In this document: one piece after another, positions 60,001-64,000 of the stretch
How the letters are laid out: every line of letters begins with the position of its first letter
How positions within the stretch are numbered: the stretch's first letter is position 1
Assembly: GCA_963820825.1 (NCBI GenBank)
Contig: CAWGBN010000002.1
Coordinates: 96,001-160,000 of the forward strand
DNA from: Vulcanimicrobiota bacterium
GTDB lineage: Bacteria > Vulcanimicrobiota > Vulcanimicrobiia > Vulcanimicrobiales > Vulcanimicrobiaceae
Reading direction: 5' to 3'
DNA: 64,000 nucleotides
Position numbers and translations under genes: made by a program
The notes under the pieces: model-generated
The model's database searches: none
The model's input: the letters and a program-made list of their open reading frames with translations, nothing else
What the model was told of the DNA's origin: nothing

Positions 60001-60078
60001 TACCAGCTCTTCGGGATGCGAACCGCCTTGTAAGAAACTGAAGTTCGACCAGCAATGGAGCTCGGCATACTCATTCAT
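57007..60078 (-). CDS. dnaE2: Error-prone DNA polymerase DnaE2
   Basis: YAELHC.SNFSFL.GGS.PEEL, GRGSAANS, PDIDIDF, FQIESRAQ, RQRPGTAKG; C-terminal HSFH. Confidence 0.95.
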   Translation of the reverse strand: MNEYAELHCWSNFSFLQGGSHPEELVERAAELGLHAIALTDRDGLYGAVRFSSCARRRGIAAILGSELTFEDGARIVLLVEDEPGYAHLCELISRAQMRGRKGDARLRLDDLQGRSGGLIALCGGEFGRADRARIATYKSLFGERFYLELQQHLTPRETRYNVRLVALARECGVPYVATNGAVYAAKDDALVADVLSCVRDGTTLEAARAANALRPNAEYHLKSPGAMRRLFAQYPEAVAASVAIAQRCRFRLERLAGQFPLFPVPEGSSPQRYLRRLVYEGAAKRYPMPLETKVERQLEYELGLIAKMDLAGYFLIVWDIVREAARLGVLCQGRGSAANSAVCYALGITAVDPIAMNLLFERFMSEERREIPDIDIDFAHQDRERVIQYVYERYGRANAAMVAEVISYRTRSAIRDVGKALGLSLEAVGEIAREFDARETLPDSTEMLFVLCRRIANFPRHLGIHSGGMLITRDPLVQVAPVEWATMRDRTVVQWDKDDLQDLGLIKIDLLGLGMLSLLREAFTIYRRCVARGDPWLPPAVAGDLELHTIPAGDPATYAMMQRADTIGVFQIESRAQQSMLPRLKPACFYDIVMQVAIIRPGPIQGQMIHPFLRRRSGAEPVTYPHPKLKPVLERTLGVPLFQEQGMRMAIEAAGFSPGEADQLRRAMGHKRSRERMEAMHAKLVDGMVANGIDRPAAEQLFHMLEGFADYGFPESHAASFALLAYASAYLKCHLPAVFAAAILNVQPMGFYSTEVLVNDARRHGVAIKPIEVNASEYWSGVERDGALRLGFHLVRGLGEVGRKRLETAIAQGPFDDVLAFARRTQLERETLENLAIAGAFAPWYVSRRAAMWALRGLDERQARGELGALMDLDEPAVEFESPSRKRLVAFDLWSTGVTPSGQVIEYFREHLAAQRVVPAAQLAGLARNALCRAGGLVITRQRPGTAKGFVFLTLEDETGIVNVIVRPDVYETYRRPIRSSSTLIVEGTLQKEAGCIDLLAKKIWSFDDEGITRTLAVHSFH

Positions 60079-61321
60079 ACACGCCGCGGAGATACCAGTG
60101 CGAGCCTTGATGGTAGATGCGCGCAAAGGTTCCGTCCTCGAGCACGACGTCGTACTCGTCGCGCACGACCGGTCCTTCGGCGTGCGGGCGTTCGGCAATT
60201 CGCCAGGGCCCCGTGCATTGGCGAACCCTCTGCCGGTCGACGACTGCGGGCTCGCCGCCGCGAAGCTGCACCGACACTTCGCGCACCTCGAGCAGCCGGA
60301 GTTGGGGGACGACGCTGCATTGCGCATCGCCGGGAGCTTCGCGACGATCGAGCCGGCGAAACTCGAAGGGTTCGTAGCTAAAGCGCTCCTCGAGGACGTG
60401 CGCGTCACGCGTCCGCGCACGTGCCACGCCGGCGCCGAGCGCCGCTTCGAGGCGCGCGATCGTCACCGCGACGCGCTGCGGATCGAGATCCTCGGCGGAG
60501 AAAAACGTTTGCTCCTCTCCTCCTTCTTCGAGCTGGAGCGCTTGCAGGCGCAGCCCAACGATCGCCGCTGCAAACGTCGCGCCGTCGAGCTTTGCTCGCA
60601 GCATCTCGAACATCGTCCGTTCGTGCGCCGTCGGAAGCGCGAGCGGCACCTCGAAGCTGCACGCGTCGACATCTTCCAGCTCGATTGCCAAATGTAGTGC
60701 GCCGGCGCGTTTACCGCACTGCTCGAGATCGGCGCAGATGCGCGACAACAGCATCCGCAAGGCGAAATATACCTGCGCTTCGTCGGAAGCGCGGCCTTCC
60801 CCAAAGATCGAAGCCTCGATCGCAACCGCATGAGGGCGCGGCACGAATGGACGGCGATCGATGCCCCGCGCGAGTTCGTGCCAGCTCGCCGCAGCGGCAC
60901 CGAAACGGCGCACGAACGGCCCGTGCGGCAGACGGGCGAGATCGCGAAGACGTTCGATTCCAAGCAGCCGGAGGCGCTCGACGATCGCCGGATCGATTTC
61001 GAGCAGCGTCAAGGGGAGCGGCGCGAGCAGCGCGCGTTCCATCCCCGGTTCGCAGATCGTTCCGTCGGCAAGATGCGCCGCCGCCTGCGCGGCGATTTTA
61101 TTCGGCCCGGCACCGATCCGCAGCGAGCGCTCGAAGCGAGCCAGTTCCGCATGCGTTCGCGCAATCTGCGCGCGCGTCGTACCGGCGATGCCGTGCATCT
61201 CGATAAACGCGAGGCCCGGGCGCAGGCTCTCGACGAGCGGCGAGACGGCATCGAGAACATCGAGCATCTCCTCCCAGAGCTCCGCCGTCAACTCTCCGGC
61301 AACGCTAAGGCAGAATAGCAT
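60071..61321 (-). CDS. imuB: ImuB-like (probably inactive) Y-family polymerase
   Basis: SPLVE, G.GPNK..A, LAPLPL..L, LGI..L.DLA; C-terminal GPWRI..RDEYDV..W.LRGVYE; upstream of dnaE2. Confidence 0.85.
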   Translation of the reverse strand: MLFCLSVAGELTAELWEEMLDVLDAVSPLVESLRPGLAFIEMHGIAGTTRAQIARTHAELARFERSLRIGAGPNKIAAQAAAHLADGTICEPGMERALLAPLPLTLLEIDPAIVERLRLLGIERLRDLARLPHGPFVRRFGAAAASWHELARGIDRRPFVPRPHAVAIEASIFGEGRASDEAQVYFALRMLLSRICADLEQCGKRAGALHLAIELEDVDACSFEVPLALPTAHERTMFEMLRAKLDGATFAAAIVGLRLQALQLEEGGEEQTFFSAEDLDPQRVAVTIARLEAALGAGVARARTRDAHVLEERFSYEPFEFRRLDRREAPGDAQCSVVPQLRLLEVREVSVQLRGGEPAVVDRQRVRQCTGPWRIAERPHAEGPVVRDEYDVVLEDGTFARIYHQGSHWYLRGVYE

Positions 61322-62045
61322 CGCCGCGCTCCTCTCGCTCGACCCGCACGCGAGCGGTACGACCTGCGATTCTGCACCGATGCTTGCGCACGTCGACGGA
61401 GAGCTCGAAGCCGGCGATGCTTCCCCAAAGCCCGCACCCGCCGTGCATGAGAATCCGCTCGAGCGCGCAGTGCAGACGCACGCCCGCCGCCGCGCTCAAC
61501 GCCGCACCGGCACCCGCCGCTACGACGATCAAGAGCGCGCCGCTCCGATGAGCGAGTCTCGCCAGCCGCTCCCAGACCGCATCGCGCAAGGTAATCGCCG
61601 GCATGAGGATCAGCCGGCAGATGCGCGAGCGCAGCAGAATATCGGCGGCACGCGCCGTTGCGAGCGCCTTGCGGACCGGAACCACTAAGATGCGCTCGAG
61701 CAGGGCGCCCGCCTCGGCGAGTGCCGGCGGATAGAGGCTGCCGTCGTCGAGGATCGCGACCAAGCCGCGGCGCGTCATTCGAGCGATGAGCCCGGCGGCG
61801 AGACTCCAGCGGCCGGTCAGGCCCTCGAGCGTGACCACGGCCCCAGCCGGGAAGCCGCCTCCGAGTAAGCGGTCGAGCTCCGGTATGGCGGTGGAGACGA
61901 GCCCTTCGACCGGGAGGGCCGAGGGCATCGCACTCAGGCGGGCTTTGAGGAGCTCGAACCGCTCACCCTTCGACTCCGTGCCTTCGGCCGCTTCGACACG
62001 CTCAGCGTCAGGATGACAAGATTCGAGTGCCGCCGGCGCCGCCAT
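61305..62045 (-). CDS. imuA: ImuA-like RecA-fold protein
   Basis: STAIPELDRLLGGGFPAG with degenerate P-loop; LYPPALAEAG; first gene of the cassette. Confidence 0.75.
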   Translation of the reverse strand: MAAPAALESCHPDAERVEAAEGTESKGERFELLKARLSAMPSALPVEGLVSTAIPELDRLLGGGFPAGAVVTLEGLTGRWSLAAGLIARMTRRGLVAILDDGSLYPPALAEAGALLERILVVPVRKALATARAADILLRSRICRLILMPAITLRDAVWERLARLAHRSGALLIVVAAGAGAALSAAAGVRLHCALERILMHGGCGLWGSIAGFELSVDVRKHRCRIAGRTARVRVEREERGDAILP

Positions 62046-62054
62046 GGAAGATTC

Positions 62055-62083
62055 ATGCTAATCGAACATATGTTCGATGTCAA
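62055..62083 (-). promoter_or_regulatory. Sigma70 promoter (TTGACA-17-TAGCAT) with a LexA SOS box CGAACATATGTTCG in the spacer
   Basis: Perfect 18-bp palindrome ATCGAACATATGTTCGAT at 62061-62078 directly upstream of imuA. Confidence 0.9.
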
Positions 62084-62108
62084 GATGCCCTGGCGAGGTG
62101 GGCGAAGG

Positions 62109-62657
62109 TTATGCTAGGCGGCGGTTTTCGCCTTCGAAAATTTGGGCGAGCCGCTCCGGGTCGCAGGGGCGTTCGAGCAGGCTTCCCGGATCCCACTCGC
62201 TGCGGTCGGCGCTGAAAAAGTCGCCGCGATAGACGTGGATGGCGCCGGTAAAGCATTCGATCGGATTGGTGACCGAGTGGATGATCTCGGGCCCAAGCAG
62301 CGCGGCGTCCCGATCGGAGAGCGCCTTCGCGCCGACCGCCTCGACGTGGTGCGCGTCGCTGGGCGAGCGCCGCCAGAAGATGTTGTCTTCACGCCCCGAG
62401 TAGATGCCGATGACCGCCGCCATATTGTGGTTGTGCGGAAAGATGGTCATCTTCGGCGCCCAGATCACGTTTAAGACGGTCAGCTCCGGCGATCGATAGA
62501 GCCGCTGAATCTGGGCGTGCGCCGGTTCGCCGAGCGATTTGACGACGGCGGAGGGCGTGCTCACGGCACGTGCGACGACTTCGCGAACGGCGGCGAAGGA
62601 GTGGTCTTGCGCCAGCGCGGCGCGACAGTCGGCTACGAATTGCTCGACGTCGAACAT
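62109..62657 (-). CDS. Cysteine-dioxygenase-like cupin metalloenzyme
   Basis: PHNH...IGIYSGRE.N, IHSVTNP and AIHVY. Confidence 0.75.
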   Translation of the reverse strand: MFDVEQFVADCRAALAQDHSFAAVREVVARAVSTPSAVVKSLGEPAHAQIQRLYRSPELTVLNVIWAPKMTIFPHNHNMAAVIGIYSGREDNIFWRRSPSDAHHVEAVGAKALSDRDAALLGPEIIHSVTNPIECFTGAIHVYRGDFFSADRSEWDPGSLLERPCDPERLAQIFEGENRRLA

Positions 62658-62712
62658 CGTATCGTCCTCCGGCGATACGATTTCGCAGCGGAGCGCGCCG
62701 GCCTTGCCTTCC

Positions 62713-63648
62713 CTACAGGTGCGCGCGGTCGTGGGGCGCGTCGAGGTCCATGATCGGCCCGATCGGTACGATTCGCGTGGGATTGATGTCGTCGTGCGTC
62801 ACGTAATAATGGCGTTTGATCTGATCGAAATCGACGGTTTCGGCGATGCCGTCGATCTGATAGAGATCGCGCAGATAGCCGTAGAGATTCGGATAATCGA
62901 CGATGCGATGAAGGTTGCACTTGAAGTGCCCGTAGTAGACGGGATCGAAGCGCACGAGCGTCACGAAGAATCGCCAGTCGGTTTCGAGCGGTTGCGCGCC
63001 TAAGAGGTAGCGCCGGTATGCAAGGCGCTCCTCCATCGCGTCGACGGCGGTAAAGACGCCGAAGGCGGCCTTTTCGTAGGCCGCTTGCGAGGTGGCGAAG
63101 CCGGCCTTGTAGACGCCGTTGTTGAACGTTGCGTAGAGAAAATCGTTGAGCTCGTCGATTTCGGGACGCAGGTCGCGTGGATAGAGATCGAGCTCCGGAT
63201 TGCCGGCGACCGCGTCGAACTCGGTCTCGAACATGCGCATGATGTCGTCGTCGGAGTTGCTGACGATGCGCCGCCGCTCTTTGTCCCAGAGGATCGGCAC
63301 GGTGATGCGGCCGCGGTAGCCGGGATCGCTGGCGAAATACCCCTCGCTCAAAAAGGCCCAACCGTTGAGCGGATCGGGTTCATTCGGCGTAAAATGCCAT
63401 CCACGCTCGTCGCGAATCGGATCGACGACCGTCATACCGACGGCCGCTTCCAAGCCTTTGAGCTTGCGCACGATTACGGTGCGCGACGCCCACGGACAGG
63501 CCAGCGAAACGTAGAGATGGTACCGCCCCGCGACGGCCGGATACTCCGAGCTGCCGTCGGCCCGAACCCAATCGCGAAACGCGTCCTCCTGGCGCTCGAA
63601 GCTGCCGTCGGTCGTCTGTTCTTCGGGGAACTGCGCTTTGATTGTCAT
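62713..63648 (-). CDS. yqjG: Glutathionyl-hydroquinone reductase (GST xi/omega-like)
   Basis: GRYHLYVSLACPWA, TVPILWD, NNGVYKAGFA, RFDPVY..HFKCN and IKRHYY. Confidence 0.9.
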   Translation of the reverse strand: MTIKAQFPEEQTTDGSFERQEDAFRDWVRADGSSEYPAVAGRYHLYVSLACPWASRTVIVRKLKGLEAAVGMTVVDPIRDERGWHFTPNEPDPLNGWAFLSEGYFASDPGYRGRITVPILWDKERRRIVSNSDDDIMRMFETEFDAVAGNPELDLYPRDLRPEIDELNDFLYATFNNGVYKAGFATSQAAYEKAAFGVFTAVDAMEERLAYRRYLLGAQPLETDWRFFVTLVRFDPVYYGHFKCNLHRIVDYPNLYGYLRDLYQIDGIAETVDFDQIKRHYYVTHDDINPTRIVPIGPIMDLDAPHDRAHL

Positions 63649-63673
63649 GAACGAGTCGTACCCGCTATTGCGG

Positions 63674-64000
63674 CTATTGCGGCGTTTTGAGATAGGTGAG
63701 GCCGGCGCGCTCGAGGATCGCCCGCCCATCGCCGCCGAGGATAAACTCCGCGAAGGCTTTGGCCGCGTCGGGGTGCGGAGCGTTCTTCATCGTCGCTAGA
63801 CTGTAAGTGATGCGATCGGTCAGCGCGGCCGCGCCGGGGAGCGGGATGAAACGATAACCGCGCGCGATCGCTTCGGTTCGATAGAAGAAACCGACGTCGG
63901 CCTGACCGGTATCGATTCGCGCTAAGAGATCTTGTTCGGGAAAGATCTGTGCCGGATTTTCGTCGTCGCCAAGGAGCTTTTGCTCGCCGGCCGTTCCAAG
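63674..64000 (-). CDS. ModA/WtpA-like ABC substrate-binding protein, C-terminal part (cut by window end)
   Basis: Frame from 64000 reads ..QIFPEQDLLARIDTGQADVGFFY..ITYSLATMKNAPHPDAAKAFAEFIL..ILERAG*. Confidence 0.7.
   Translation of the reverse strand, partial: LGTAGEQKLLGDDENPAQIFPEQDLLARIDTGQADVGFFYRTEAIARGYRFIPLPGAAALTDRITYSLATMKNAPHPDAAKAFAEFILGGDGRAILERAGLTYLKTPQ

Noticed and set aside
60079..60420. 114-aa N-terminal extension of DnaE2
   Set aside because: It overlaps imuB; the PHP domain begins at ATG 60078, coupled to the imuB stop

Overview
High-GC bacterial DNA with about 60 protein-coding genes and no rRNA, tRNA, CRISPR array or recognisable mobile element. A TonB-dependent receptor (diderm envelope), a GAAC-N4-GTTC LexA box and about 18 lipoproteins (beta-propellers, GloVer repeats, phosphoesterases) suggest a soil Candidatus Eremiobacterota/Vulcanimicrobiota-type genome; this is an inference. 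Recognisable modules: an SOS-controlled imuA-imuB-dnaE2 cassette, a PaoABC/YagTSR-type molybdoenzyme, a phosphatase/STAS/anti-sigma partner-switching trio, two cyclase-STAND-TPR proteins and a tandem phosphoesterase array. The standout is at 46477-48504. A 121-aa lipoprotein-type precursor carries five identical DSVGGGPVP cores whose DNA differs only at synonymous positions, separated by Arg/His-rich spacers. It lies directly upstream of a helical-repeat (TPR-like) protein with a C-terminal LuxR HTH, and both genes have GTACTA boxes upstream. This looks like a possibly undescribed multi-copy peptide-pheromone/receptor system. Three genes carry single-base frameshifts that look like sequencing errors. 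All family calls come from motif recognition by eye, not from database searches.
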